The notes beneath the pieces were generated by a model that worked only from the letters and a program-made list of their open reading frames with translations, had not been told where the DNA came from and did no database searches. Positions 27,267 to 39,881 of a stretch of DNA of 64,000 nt are shown piece by piece (the stretch's first letter is position 1; every line of letters begins with the position of its first letter). The position numbers and the translations under genes are program-made. The stretch is from Podarcis gaigeae (lineage: Eukaryota), in NCBI GenBank assembly GCA_964106915.2, contig OZ066915.1, one strand, 5' to 3'.

Positions 27267-28031
27267 CCAATAGAGCCTGTAATATATGTGCCGTATAAAA
27301 GCAAAGAATGAGAATGTGTTGAATAGGTCTTCAAACAATCCTCTCACACCGAAAACTGTGTGTTAAGGAGAAGGGGGCAGGCGTCCATCCAAGAAAAAAA
27401 GACTTTGGCAACCCCACCTGCCGCTTTACCCATTGTGCTTTGACTATACACGATTTGAGATTAAGGCACGCTCCCCATAACTTGTGGGGGATCTGCGTAA
27501 CTTGTGAGCTTACGGTAGTGGTAAATTTACTGTTTAACAAAGAAACATATTGAAACCAGAATACATTTTGATGAAGTTTTAGGCAATGTTTCTGTTTATA
27601 ACAGCAAAAAATGACTGTTAGATAAAATTACATACTGTGACAATTTCCCCCCTTCCCTCATTGGTGATGCTTCTTGTGAAAGGAACCAATCCACCAAGCA
27701 TTCTTCTGATCCAGAGTTTTTTCCTGTTACAGCATGCTGTGAATCACTTACCTGAGTGAATCTGGCTTCTGAATACGCTGGAAATGAAAAGGGGTCAATC
27801 CCTTCCAAAACTTCATCAGCCATGAACGAAAATGCATAATAACCACAACTAAAACTGGTAAGTCAATAATGTAAATGTAAGTAGTCTCAGTAATTTAAAA
27901 CTCAGTTCCTAAGAACTTACAGAGACGCTTAAAAATGAGCCCAAAACTTTCCCCCTTCCACTTTTGTCATTAATAGTGTTTATTTTGTTAATCATCTCAA
28001 ACATTGGTCTTCCATTAGCAGGTTGGGACCT

Positions 28032-28270
28032 GGTGAGCCAGTGTGGTGTAGTGATTAAGAGCGGTAGTCTCGTAATCTGGGGAACCGGGTTCGCGTCTCC
28101 GCTCCTCCACATGCAGCTGCTGGGTGACCTTGGACCAGTCACACTTCTCTGAAGTCTCTCAGCCTCACTCACCTCACAGAGTGTTTGTTGTGGGGGAGGA
28201 AGGGAAAGGAGAACGTTAGCTGCTTTGAGGCTCCTTAGGGTAGTGATAAAGCGGGATATCAAATCCAAAT
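28032..28270 (+). mobile_element. Squam3-type tRNA-derived SINE, near full length, young
   Basis: Pol III A box tggtgtagtga and B box-like ggttcgcgtctcc; body ctgggtgaccttgg..cagtcac..cacctcacagagtgtttgttgtggggg; L2-like 3' end gctttgag...aaagcgggatatc. Confidence 0.88.
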
Positions 28271-28569
28271 CCTACTGGTTCCAAGCTCATCTAAGGTGGG
28301 TTGCAACAGCAGCACAACCTCATAATAATATATGGTAAAAAAGAGAGAAATTGAGGTGGCTCCCAGGTTGGAAAAGGTTGGAAACTACTGATCTAGAACA
28401 TTGTTGGCATTATAACAGTGATAGAAGAGCTGGTGTAGTGTTATTGCTAAGAATGTGAGCTGTGAATCAAGTTCCTTTAAACCACATGACTGTAGATAAG
28501 TCATCTTCCTTGAATAGCCCCACGTGCAAACTAAACTACTTTATAGGTTTGTGAAGATTGCAGAGAATT

Positions 28570-28975
28570 CAAACATCATGCTCAACCATGGTTTAACATG
28601 ATGGGAACAACCTGCTGTTAGCCTTAGCCTTTCACTCCCGCTTTCTGCTGTTTGGCCATAAGTAAGAGTTTGGAAGCTTCCACTTTGAGTTAAATACAGC
28701 TTTCCATGTCTTCTGGTTCTAAAGCTTGTTATTGTTAACTATGATTACTTTAAACTAGCCAGCTGTTGAAATCATAATTTAAAGTTGGCTTCTTTTAAAT
28801 AACCATAGTTAAAGTGAACCGCAGTCCGTTGGTCGGTACCACATGACAAATTGTGGTTAACCAAAGGAGGAAGAGGAAGCTTTCAAACTCTTCTTTGTGA
28901 GGACAGGAGAACCCAAGAGTCTCTACAGACTGTTCGTATTGTGTTAACCCAAGGTTTAGTGTGATATTTCGGTTC
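28570..28975. mobile_element. AACCATGGTT-rich foldback repeat (copy 2)
   Basis: caaccatggtttaac ... aaccatagttaa ... ttaacccaaggtttag; similar to 2230 and 53765. Confidence 0.45.
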
Positions 28976-29519
28976 AGCCAGTATATTGGAAACTCTTTGA
29001 ACACTGAAAATGTGCTAAATAGATAATGAATGTTGTAATTGTGACAAAATATAGCTGCAACTCAGTAATTTATAGACGGTTCCCAGTACATTTCATTTTA
29101 TTAAACTATTTAGAATAAAAATAGTTTCATAATGAAAGTTGATAATGTTTTTCACCTGTAAAGTCAGCACAGAAAGATCTAAGGCTTATTGGGAATCGGT
29201 TGATCAGCAGTGCTTGTGGATGCCTCACTTGTAATAGTAACTTAAAATGAATGTATAGGAACTTCAGTATCTTATACTTTGGGTCCCAAAATAGACAATA
29301 CACAAAGAATATTCATCATTTTAGTATACTTCTGTCCTATTGACAAAATGATGTCACTGACCATAGATTCATAGAATCAGGAGTGCCAGCAGGGAAGGGC
29401 CAGCTCCCCCCCCCCGCTGAAATTTTCAAGGAGGGGATGGGCCCCCTCAATATCTGGGGGGACATGCATATGCCATGTGCGCATACCATGTGACATGATC
29501 AAGTCACTCACACATATCC

Positions 29520-29605
29520 TGCTACTTCCACTCAAGACTGCCTCTGTCCCCCTCAAGTGGGAGTCACCTAGCACCACCATACGTCTCTTCCTTCTCTGGG
29601 GAGTG
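29520..29605 (-). mobile_element. CR1 ORF1 (SGNH/GDSL esterase) fragment
   Basis: Translation KRRMVVLGDSHLRGTEAVL matches the CR1 ORF1 esterase motif VVVGDSLLRGTE. Confidence 0.75.
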
Positions 29606-32600
29606 GCAGGAATTGTTCTGTAGAATTACTTTGTTGTAGTTACTTTTGCTCCATAATCTGCCTGGTGCAGATGTAATACTCCCTGATCACCTCACCATGG
29701 CTAGACTATCAGGAAAACTCCAGCAGCTCATACGTGCCTTATTTCATTTTGCAAACAGGCTGGTGATTAGTCCTGTGTGATTGGTACTGCCAGACCTCTG
29801 AATTACTAGCTTAGGTCTAAAGCAATTCCATCATTCATATTATAATTATTTTTATTTATCAAATATTTTGCACTGGAAGAAATACAATTATTCTTTAGTC
29901 AGAAGAATGAAAATTGAGCTCAGTTTTTGGTTTCTAGATTAAACAGAAAAGAAAGGCTTTTCAACTAGGAGTTTGCTTAAAGTATATGGAATCCCCCCCC
30001 CACTTCCTTTTAAATAATAACTTTGCATTGCTGGCATGTAATCAATAACCCTCTTTGCCTATTATAAATCCACTTTCATTCAAAAATAAAATTAACACAT
30101 ATTTTAAAGGGGCTGTGCTTTTATTTTCCAGGCGTCACCCTGCCATTAAACATGGATTATCATAACTTCATGTTTTACTGGCTGACACAGTAAACAGTTG
30201 AATAGATCGATTTTGCTAAATTCACATGCAAGTATGTTTATGTGGAAGTTATACATAAATCCCAAGTATTTATACTTAAATCTTTATTTGTTAAACCATC
30301 ATATTGAGAAATCAAAGTATGCAGCTTTGCAATCCAGTATATACACCCAGATTCAGTGAGAGGGATTTTTATGTATTCTCCTCAGATCTCCAAAAATATA
30401 TCAGCATTGTTCATTTGTTTAGCAGCATAAAGGGAAATCTTGCTGTGCAAGAATATCTCCTAAGACTGGGGCTGGTGCTAAGGATCCCCCCCCCCATTTT
30501 AATGTAGTTGCACACAATTTTTTAAGCATGAAGATGGCAAAAGCTTTCCCTGTGTTTGTAAACATTCGCTTAATAACCCCAAATAATAGGAAAGCTCCAC
30601 AGTTTTATCCTGCAGAACATCGGAAGAGGCCTGGGTGTTACTCTGATACAAACGTGGTATGATGAAAATCTGAATGATGCATTTGGCTTCCCCACTCCTT
30701 GCTCCATTTTGGTGTCCTTTGGCAAATAGACAGTTACTTATTTTGTGTCAAAACTATTGGCTCTTTGCTTAATATTTGTATGATTTAACTTATATGTGAC
30801 TATCTCTACAAACAGAGAATGTGTCCTAAAATGGCGTCAAAAGCAAAGATGTAGTTCTGGCCCAGAATGCAAACTCTGATCGCTTTGATGCCAGTATTGG
30901 ATGGCAGACAATGGCCTGCTATAACTTTGTCCTGCACTTTGACAGCAATCCAAGAAAACTTCGTTCTGTCTTCTTTTTCCTCTTCATCATGAAACTTTTT
31001 TACGTGGGGGGTGGAATGCAATTTTAGCAATTTAATATATACTGCCTAATGTGTTTTATAAGCCTTGTGTGCTCAGTCCTAGCTATTTTGGTTTTCCTCC
31101 TAACACAATGAACCAAATATTGGGGGGAAATGCCGCTCTTTGCTGCCATCATAAAGGACGGCTAGATTTCATAAACAGTTATGGATGTTGGCAGGTGCCT
31201 ATCATACTGTATAACATCCTGTACAGCACATGAAGACGGTGTCAACTTACATTTTATCTCTGAAGTAGTTTCAAAGCATTTATTTGCTTTCTCTTGAGTC
31301 CTTAACCTAATTCAAGTAACATAATTGGCTGAATATTTTTCCACATAACTAATTGGCTAGTTGCCAGTGTGGAAACCATTGTCTGACTTGATGATGATCA
31401 GAAATTAACATGACATTTGCGTGGTGGTAATGGAATATATTAGTAATGTAATTCTCGACTGTAAAAAAGAGTCCATCATTTCCCCTAACCTATGATCAGC
31501 AGGATGGGCTGAAAGAATGATGAAACGTTCCCAGCAGGCAGATCCCAACACTGGCTAGCCAATCTCTGTGTCAAATTTTGTTTTAAATTCTTCAGACAAA
31601 GCTGTAATGCTTACCAATTAATTACCACAAATGTCAATTAAAAATCTACCAAATAATGCAGTAAGATTAAAATTCAATTAAAAGAATTACATTTAACAAG
31701 GAGGGATATAACATTATTTTAATGAATTCTGCTGAAGGTGACAGATTATATAGATATGTTTGTGCGCTGTAGGTGGATTAGGATTCACTGGGCAGTGTGA
31801 ACTCCGTAACTTCATACATATATTAATTGTGAGAATTATTTCCACCACAGTCATGTCCTTAAGGAGTTGAGAGCCTCAAAATATCACATGCCACAAAGCT
31901 AAGGAGACCTTTTGTATTGTTCCAATACTGCTTTGTCACATGTAGAAAGGCATTTTGAATCTTTGTTTTGTTTCTCTATAGCCTTCTCCCAACAAATACA
32001 TTTACAGTATTTTTCAGTAGTTGCATCTGTGAAATTGACTTCGTCAGTTGGGGCGGCGGGAACTCTTCTCATTAACAGTTGTCCCCTCTCCCATTTCACT
32101 CACCCTTCATTCATCTCCCAAAGTAACCAATTATTTTCCATTTGTTCTGCAAGGCTCCTAATGGGATTGTGCTATACCAAGGGCAGGCAAAATAAGGACT
32201 ACAAGTCGTATCTCTACCAGAGGACTTTTTTTTTAAAACCAGGTTGCAAGAGAAAAAAAAAGCTTTGATGGGCTTGCCACAGTTTGCCAGTCTAGTGTTG
32301 TCTCCCATTATTTTTTTATTTAACTGAAGTAACCTTGCGAGAAACAAGCATGGATCTAGGTATACCTTGCAGGTGTCCAGGTTCAGGTAGGGGGCCACCT
32401 GTATACAAGACTGTGCAAGGCTTACAGCCCAATCCTCACAACACCAGCAAATAAGTGCTGTGGCTGGGATCCAGCAGCCACTTGGACCAGTGTACCAAAC
32501 TAAGTCACTGCCTTGCGTGCAAGTTATAATAAGAGGCAGCATGGAGCTGAGGCATAAGGTGACTCTGCGTTGTGGAAGTGATGCAGAAACAAGTATAGAT

Positions 32601-34156
32601 GTGATGGTTATCTGTGCACCACCTTCTAGTGGCATTGTAGTTACTGTACCTACCTCAGCACAAAGTGTTAAATATGTAATTTCAAGGTTGAAATGGTATT
32701 GGGTTGCACTGCACAGTTGGACGAACTCACCCCTATTTCCTCGCATAGGAGGCTAGAGTCCTTATGCATGCTGAACCCTCTGACATGCATATGGAACTCC
32801 TGCCCCATGACCAGTGCTTTCTCTGCCGATTTCTCTGCACACGCATCTCCTGGAGCATGTATGATACTATTTCCAACTATTCATTCAGTAAAGAAGCCTG
32901 CTTGGCTGGCAGTCCTGAGTGTACACTTCTGGATTGAAACGCTAATGCATACCCTCCCCAGGAATCACTTTATGTAAGACTATTGCTGTGCTGTTACAAA
33001 AGAGCAATATTTGCATTTGGATGTAACAGAGAGCTAATTTTAAACGGTACTTTAATGGAATGGTTTTGTAAAGCATTTTTCATGCTTTCCTCATATGGTT
33101 GTCTGCAGCAGGTAGCAGGGTGGATAGAATATTTTTAAGTGCATTGTTTGCTGAATACAGTGAGCAAAAGTTTTTTGAGCTGAAAGCAAAATGTTCTCAA
33201 CAGGTTCTGCAGTTTTAGATGTGCACAAGTTCTCTTTAGAGGGGAAAAAAGGGGCGTTACAGGTCTGCAACAGATAACGGCTCTGAATTTCCACACAGCG
33301 CAGAGTGTTTTAAGAAGAAACACGTCTGCTTATTTGTACATTTACCATCTCTTTATCAAATGTGGTTGGTTTTCACACTGCTATATCTGAAAAGGTGCAG
33401 AAGGAGAAGCGGGGGGTGGGGTGGGGGGAGCATCTGCTTATTGCTACCAACAGGTAGTTCTACAGCACATTTCGCTTTTTGTCAAGTGCTGGTAGAATTA
33501 AACTTATAGGAGTCAACTGTTCCCCTTTCTGTACCTGATTGCTGAAGACTGCTTCTTCATACCAACAGTCAGTAAAGCTAGAGAAGGAGAGAGGGTGAAC
33601 TTTTACAGGAGGCACTGAATGGCAAGGAGCATGAGATCTGAAAGAAGTACCTACTTGTTAAATAGGTTATAAAGCTAGCTTCATTCTGTTTTGCCTGGGG
33701 AATTTACGTCTTTCTTCTCCATTTGAGCAGCCACGACTGTCCTCAGGAACAAAGGTGCAGCTAGGACTGGGCCTTGGGGTTGAAGTGTAGGGCCTGTAAA
33801 TGACCCCCAAGATGTTGAGGGCAGTAGCAAAGAGGCGCCATCTCAGTGCATGGGTGTGCAGAAGCCCACCAGGACTGACTCTAGCTGCTGCGGCAACCTT
33901 TCTCTCCCCTACTTCCCAATATTCAGGGCTATTTTTCTCCAGCCAGAACTTGCCAGAACTTAGCTCCAGCACCTCTCAGTCTATATGAATTGCCCCTCAA
34001 GAGCTCCAATCTATGTGGAAGGCTGTGCCTTGTGGAAGCTAACCCTGTTTCAAAAAAAGTGCCAAAAAATGAGAAAGCAATTTTCCAGGAGTCTTGAGCT
34101 TTTACCTCAACCTTGTTTTGTGGCTTTGATCCTTTTGGAAAACTGCTGTTCTGAAG

Positions 34157-34357
34157 CACTGGCAGAGGAAGAGGAGTGCAGGGGGAGCGCACCTCCCCCG
34201 GCAGCGCGACCCCAGTGGGGTGCCATCGTGGCAGCCCCCCTGCCCGCTCTGGGTGCCATGCCCCCTCAGGCGATGCACCACGCTCCCAGGAAGTGCGCCA
34301 GCCCTGCCCCCGCCAGCTCTCCGCCCCCCGGTGCCAGAGCATGAATCTCTGCCACTG
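34157..34357. mobile_element. GC-rich hAT-type MITE
   Basis: Perfect 8-bp TSD ttctgaag (34149-34156, 34358-34365); TIRs cactggcagag / ctctgccactg. Confidence 0.9.
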
Positions 34358-36436
34358 TTCTGAAGGCGAGCTGGTTTCAGAGGGTTATACTTTCTGTCAG
34401 TCCCAGAGAACATGTCTTAGTATTGCTCACTTTGTCCATTTACTCTGAACCCTGGCTCGCAGCCAAATTACTGGGAACCAACAGCTTTAACCCATAGCAT
34501 TGTTCCTTAACTGGGTGGTAGAGAGGCTTTTAGAAAGATATTTTCCAAATTAAGAAAAGAAGAACTCAATTTCTGGCTATTTTATACAGGCTACTTTTGG
34601 GCTTTCAGTACTCAGAACTGCCCTTTTTAATCCAAGTTATATGCTCTCAGAAGTAGGTCTTGAAGAGCTTTGTAACCAGGAAAGCATGGGTCATAAATGT
34701 GTAATGTTCATACAGGGCCACATTCATTGAATCAATGCATAGGTTTCCACTGCTACCCTCCATTAATACTCCCTTCCTACAAAGCCCCTAAGAATTACTT
34801 AAAATCTCAATGCATGAGGAAATAGTTAGCTGTGGACTATTTGCCAGCAAAATCTCCTTTGTGAATTCTGACTCTAATGTCCTGGATGTTCTTTGCACAG
34901 GAACATTAAATGGTCTTCAAACAGTTGAGAGGGTTTTTAAACTGTCCAGCAGTCATAGGCACTTGCCATATAGCATTCAAGTATAAATGTCTCATCAGTG
35001 CTACTTCTGAAGCCAGATATTCTACAAATTTGCGATCTGATGTTTCATAAGCTGAGAATATGGGCCCATGCTTTGAATTAGAAGGTGATAACCTTTTCCA
35101 CAAGATTTCAACATACCCTTGCCTTTTTGGCATCCATTCCAGATTCGCAAAGTCAATCCTCTTTTAAAAGGGGCACTTAGATCATTAGTGCATCACAGCA
35201 ACAGAGACAGCTGCAGAGGCCTGGTGATATTTGACTCAACTGGGGGTTGGGTGGGTGTGCTGGAACCAGGTGGATTTGCTTGTGAATTTTGGTGAGTATT
35301 TTTTTTAAAATGCAGTTTGTTGTACTTCTTTGCTGATTTTATTCGATTTTGGTAGCAGCCCTCGTTGTATGTCTTATGGGTGTGATCTAACATTGCACCA
35401 GTGGATGCAATGGAATTCTCCTTCCTCCCCTCTCCACTGCAGTCCCCCATTTCCCTAAATGTGTTTTAGAGAATTCCCCAAGCCTCCAGATCAACTTGTG
35501 GGGGTACAGTGTGGGGCTGTAGGGGGTATGGGTGGCAGGGGAATTCACATTTGACGAAGCAGAAATCCATTGTGTAAGTGGAACACCTCAATTGAACATC
35601 ACCTTATAATTCCACTTTTAGGTTTTCAAACTGATTCCTTATTTTATTTGTTGGATTTCTTCAGACTTGACATTGTTCAGTGAGTTAAAGATATTTTCTT
35701 TCTTTAGAGTTTTGTCTTTAAATGTAACATTTCCCAGTTTTGTATGTTAGACAGAACTGACCCCCCCAGTATATTGTGTTGTCGTTGTTTGTTCTTACAG
35801 GTTTTTTTTAAAAAAAACATTTCTTTTAAATTATGTCACTGAAGTATACAAGAGCTGACATGTGCAAATATGTAGTTAGACAACTGCAAAAGTATATTAT
35901 TTGCTGATCGACCATAATGGTTCCACAGAAGCCATTATACTCAATCATATCATGTCAATCTGTGGTAGTTATTATGATGGTAATGCAAATATGCATTCTT
36001 TTTTTCTTTTCTTTTCTTATAAAAGGGGAAAGAAACCATTATTGTACATATGCAATAGCTGCTGATAATCATCAGTATTGTTGTCTTCCTTGCAGTAATA
36101 AAAGAACTTTGACTATGCTATAGTAAAGACTGTAATACCATTAGTAACTACCACTGCTGCCACCGTTACTACTAATGTGTAATCTGAAAAAGTGAAAACC
36201 AAGTTTGAGTTCTCTGTGGAACTAATCTTATTACTGATTTGGTGGGCAGCTGTTTAGTCTGAGCAGCAAATTTCATACAAACTGAGTTATATCCCTTCTG
36301 AGCTAGATCCTTTCACAGACTGAAGGTAGGTAGGTCTGAGCTTCCATCATGGCTAGGTTGGGAAGATGTTGGATCTGAACATTAACTGCAAGTTAATCTG
36401 GGCTTTATTTTAGCCCACCTGAATTAGTCAAGTGTT

Positions 36437-36683
36437 AGGCTAAGGTTGTAACCTTTTTCAGACGAGGGCTGGTCCCTCAGACCATGTGGTGGGCTGGACT
36501 ATATTTTGAAAAAAAATATATGAACGAATTCCTATGCCCCACAAATAACCCAGAGATGCATTTTAAATAAAAGGACACATTCTACTCATGTGAAAACACG
36601 CTGATTTCTGGACCATCTGTGGGCCAGATTGAGAAGGTGATTGGGCCTCATCCGGCCCATGGGCCTTAGGTTGCCTACCCCTG
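36437..36683. mobile_element. hAT (Charlie-like) non-autonomous element
   Basis: Right end ccggcccatgggccttaggttgcctacccctg is typical of hAT MITEs; left end degraded. Confidence 0.55.
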
Positions 36684-37219
36684 CTCTAAAGCATACTGTT
36701 GTAAGTTAGGCATTGGCTTTATCCTGTCTAAGCTGGACAAATTCTGACGCTTTGTTGCAATACAGGGATTCTGCTCAATGGCTTGATTCAAATGAAAGAA
36801 AACAACAACACAGGGCTACAGTACACTACAATACAAAATGTGGTACCAGGAGAGGCAAGAAAGGGGAAAAAATAAGGTATATAATTTAAAAGAAAATAAG
36901 TGAAGTATTTTGGTTGAGATTCAAGTATTTTAATAAGCAATTTGCTGTAATTAAGTAAGGATGAAATGGACAGAATGATATTTAGATTTGTTGTCCATTG
37001 TGAGATAAAGTTTTTTTAAAAAGCCTTTAGTACTAGAAATCAGAGAGGAACACATGCTAGCTGAGAGCACTATACAGAAAGTTTCACATAGACAAGAAAT
37101 CTAAGGTGGAATCTACAAATATCTAATAAACGCTGTGAAAATGCTTTTTTTAAAAAAAATGTTTTGAAAAATATTTTGAATTTGCTATAGCTCAACATCG
37201 CCATCTAGTTTCACATTTT

Positions 37220-38352
37220 TAAAAAAATAGTTTTTATTAACCGACCAATCAAATCAAATCGCATCACATAAATTCCGAATCACAAAGCCAAATTTTAAAT
37301 TTTTGTTGGGGGGACCCATATTTCAAGTTCCGAAGGGGGATTCCGATCATCTTCTTGCTGCTGCGTCAATATCCACAAATATGTCCAAAAAATGTTCATA
37401 ATTCTATCCAGTCTTATCTTGCTGTTTCCACATCTCTTCTTGTTCGTATATTTTTCTTTTTTTCTTTATGATCTCTTCTGATAATCTCCTTAAGCAGGTA
37501 AACACCAATTATAATCCTGTGTGAATTTTTCTGTTCGTCCAATCATCATATCAAGATGGTTTCCATATATCATCACTTTCATAAATAACAGCACTCTTTC
37601 CATCATTAATCTCGCAAATCTGTCGCTCTTTAGTCCCTCTGAGGAGGCTCACCCACAATATAAAAACAGCTCTGTTCCTCCTCCCAGACTTAACTCTTCT
37701 GACAGAAATTGCCAAAATGGCGACGGTATTTTTTGCTGCGTCATTCCAAAGCTCTTATGCTTTCCACGATCTTCTTAAAACATGCTTTGGTTAGAAAATT
37801 ATCTCCACACAGTCTTAAATCCACAGCTTAAGTCATTTAAACGGCATTTCTGACTTGTGACTTGGTGGGGGGGGGGATTCTTGGTTAATCACATAGAGAA
37901 AAGAAAGGAAAGTTTCCCCCCCTTCCCCATCCAGTCCCATTGCCGAACATACCGAGCCTTGGTGTGTCTTCTCATGATTTATTCTTGTTCCTCCGACCCG
38001 TCTTGTTTATCAGAGATCTCTTCAGTTAGCAGTCTTTACTCCCCCCCCCTCTTCCTAGAAATATGTGCATTAGCTTCCTCCTAATTGTTTCTTTTGAAGT
38101 TGCTGTAGCTAGAGGCGCGAATCAGAGACAGCGTCCAGGAGCACCGAGATCCGCACAAGGGCTTTCTGCCTAGTGCCCCCACCCCCACAAATTCGGGGGT
38201 GGTATAGGGCACAGCAGGCAAGGGCAGTCCCCCCCCCCACACGCTTGGGGGGGCAGGGAGGCTGTTTACTCCCATCACAGCCTCTTAATTACCTTGTGTG
38301 GGTCGGAGAGATGTTATTGTCAGCCATCTTCCGATGCGCCCCTAGTGGCCCC
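37220..38352 (-). mobile_element. Apparently complete ~1.13-kb non-coding L1-style retroelement
   Basis: 21-bp TSD cgccat(c/a)tagtttcacatttt at 37199-37219 and 38353-38373; minus-strand 5' end ggggccactaggggcgcatcggaagatggctg; minus-strand AATAAA at about 37233-37238 near the 3' end; no long ORF. Confidence 0.75.
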
Positions 38353-39407
38353 CGCCATATAGTTTCACATTTTATGGTTTTTACTCAGGGATTATAGATT
38401 TTGTTTTTGTCTGTGGTTTGATTAAATAAAACAAAATTGAAAAGTAAATTGAGTTTAGTTCCCATTGACATTGACAAGATATCACTAAGCTTTGACTTAA
38501 TTTTCACATTGATTTAAAATAGGATCTAAATAGGACTAGCGTACTGTGGACCCAGTCCTTTGATTTGGGTCCTAAGAACAATGGGGCTCTCTCACCTCCT
38601 TCCCACTGCGCTCCTTGGACACTTAAAAGGCCACTCCTGAAAAACAGGGGAACCTCTGGAATAGTATTCACAGTAGCATGAGGGACTGCATCTGTGGAGA
38701 TGGGAACTGGCAGAAATCTCCCCTAATCAGAAGTGCATTCCACTCAAGCAAGTTTTCCATTGGATCAATAATTATAGTACTGTGTTGACACAAAGGAGAT
38801 TGGAATCTTTTACTATAATCATCAATGTTTTTATTTTGAAACATTGTGAATTTAAAGTTTGTTCCTCAAAGATACAAAATGACCAGAAATCTGCAAAACA
38901 GTTGGCTTCCTTTTTTCTTTTCTTTTCTGGTCTCTCTCATCCTGAGTTTTAGATTCGTGGCTATATGTTTGTGGTGGAAACTGAATCTTACATTTGTGGA
39001 CAGAACTTGGACAGGCAAAGTCAACTCTTTGTCTTCCTTCTCTTATTAGAATCTGAATGACTTTCAGTGCTGCAATTAAGGTCTTTTTTGAGGTAGCTGT
39101 TTAAATATTTATTAGCATTGGAGTATTGGGTTTTCTAAATAACTCTTAAGGCATTTGCATGCACACACACAAAACTGTTGACAATTCTGTAGTGGAATAG
39201 ACTAATTCATTTTTATTTATTTTTTTGGGACTCAGTCAAGTGTGATTGGCTTAGTTACTGAGGAATTTATTTTAGGGAAAAGTCAGTGTCAACTGAAAAA
39301 TGGTTCCATTCTGAAAAGACAAAAATTCCCTTACTTGTGAAAATGTGTCTTGGCAGCCAATTTGACTTCTGATACAAGATTTAACACTTCTCTTGAAACA
39401 TGAATAT

Positions 39408-39420
39408 TTGCCATGGCAAC
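39408..39420. promoter_or_regulatory. RFX X-box-like palindrome
   Basis: ttgccatggcaac; 13/14 match to GTTGCCATGGCAAC. Confidence 0.4.
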
Positions 39421-39881
39421 AGCAACATTGAGCACCACATGTTGAAGATTTGTTTTCTGTGCTCCCTGGTTAGCTTTGGCAGCATGGACTTTTGGTAACT
39501 GCCCCTTGCACAGTTCCTTAATCTACCTCTGCTCAAGAGTCGATGCCTTGTCCTGCAGAAGTCAGTGTTCAGATTGCAGAAGAATGCCGTGCATTTTTTA
39601 AAATGGATACATTACCGATATCTGTGGCTAGTAGGCTATTTTGTGCCTGTTACGTTTGAACAACATCAGCAGAGGGCCTGGTTTACATGCTTGCCCTCTA
39701 AATGTCGATGGCAGAAGACCTCGACCTCCGGGCTGAGAGGTAACGTGCCTCTGACTACCTGTGCTGAAGAACAATGGCAGAAGAGAGCTATTCCACACAT
39801 GTCCTGCTTGAAGCATCTGGTCGGCCACTAGAAGAAATAGGGTGTTGGACTAGAAAAATCGGTAGGGTACTTATTCTATTA

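Noticed and set aside
28032-28105. tRNA gene
   Set aside because: The A and B boxes belong to a SINE head that continues into the SINE body; no clean cloverleaf or oligo-T terminator
32111-32756. Longest ORF (211 aa, minus strand) and an overlapping 98-aa plus-strand ORF
   Set aside because: No recognisable domain, no convincing splice boundaries and an unusual composition; consistent with chance ORFs in 64 kb
33929-34448. Cluster of overlapping GC-rich ORFs resembling a CpG-island first exon
   Set aside because: Explained by a hAT MITE with a perfect TSD
38335-38350. CTCF-like ggccactaggggcgca at the 5' end of the 1.13-kb element
   Set aside because: One G short of the core consensus spacing
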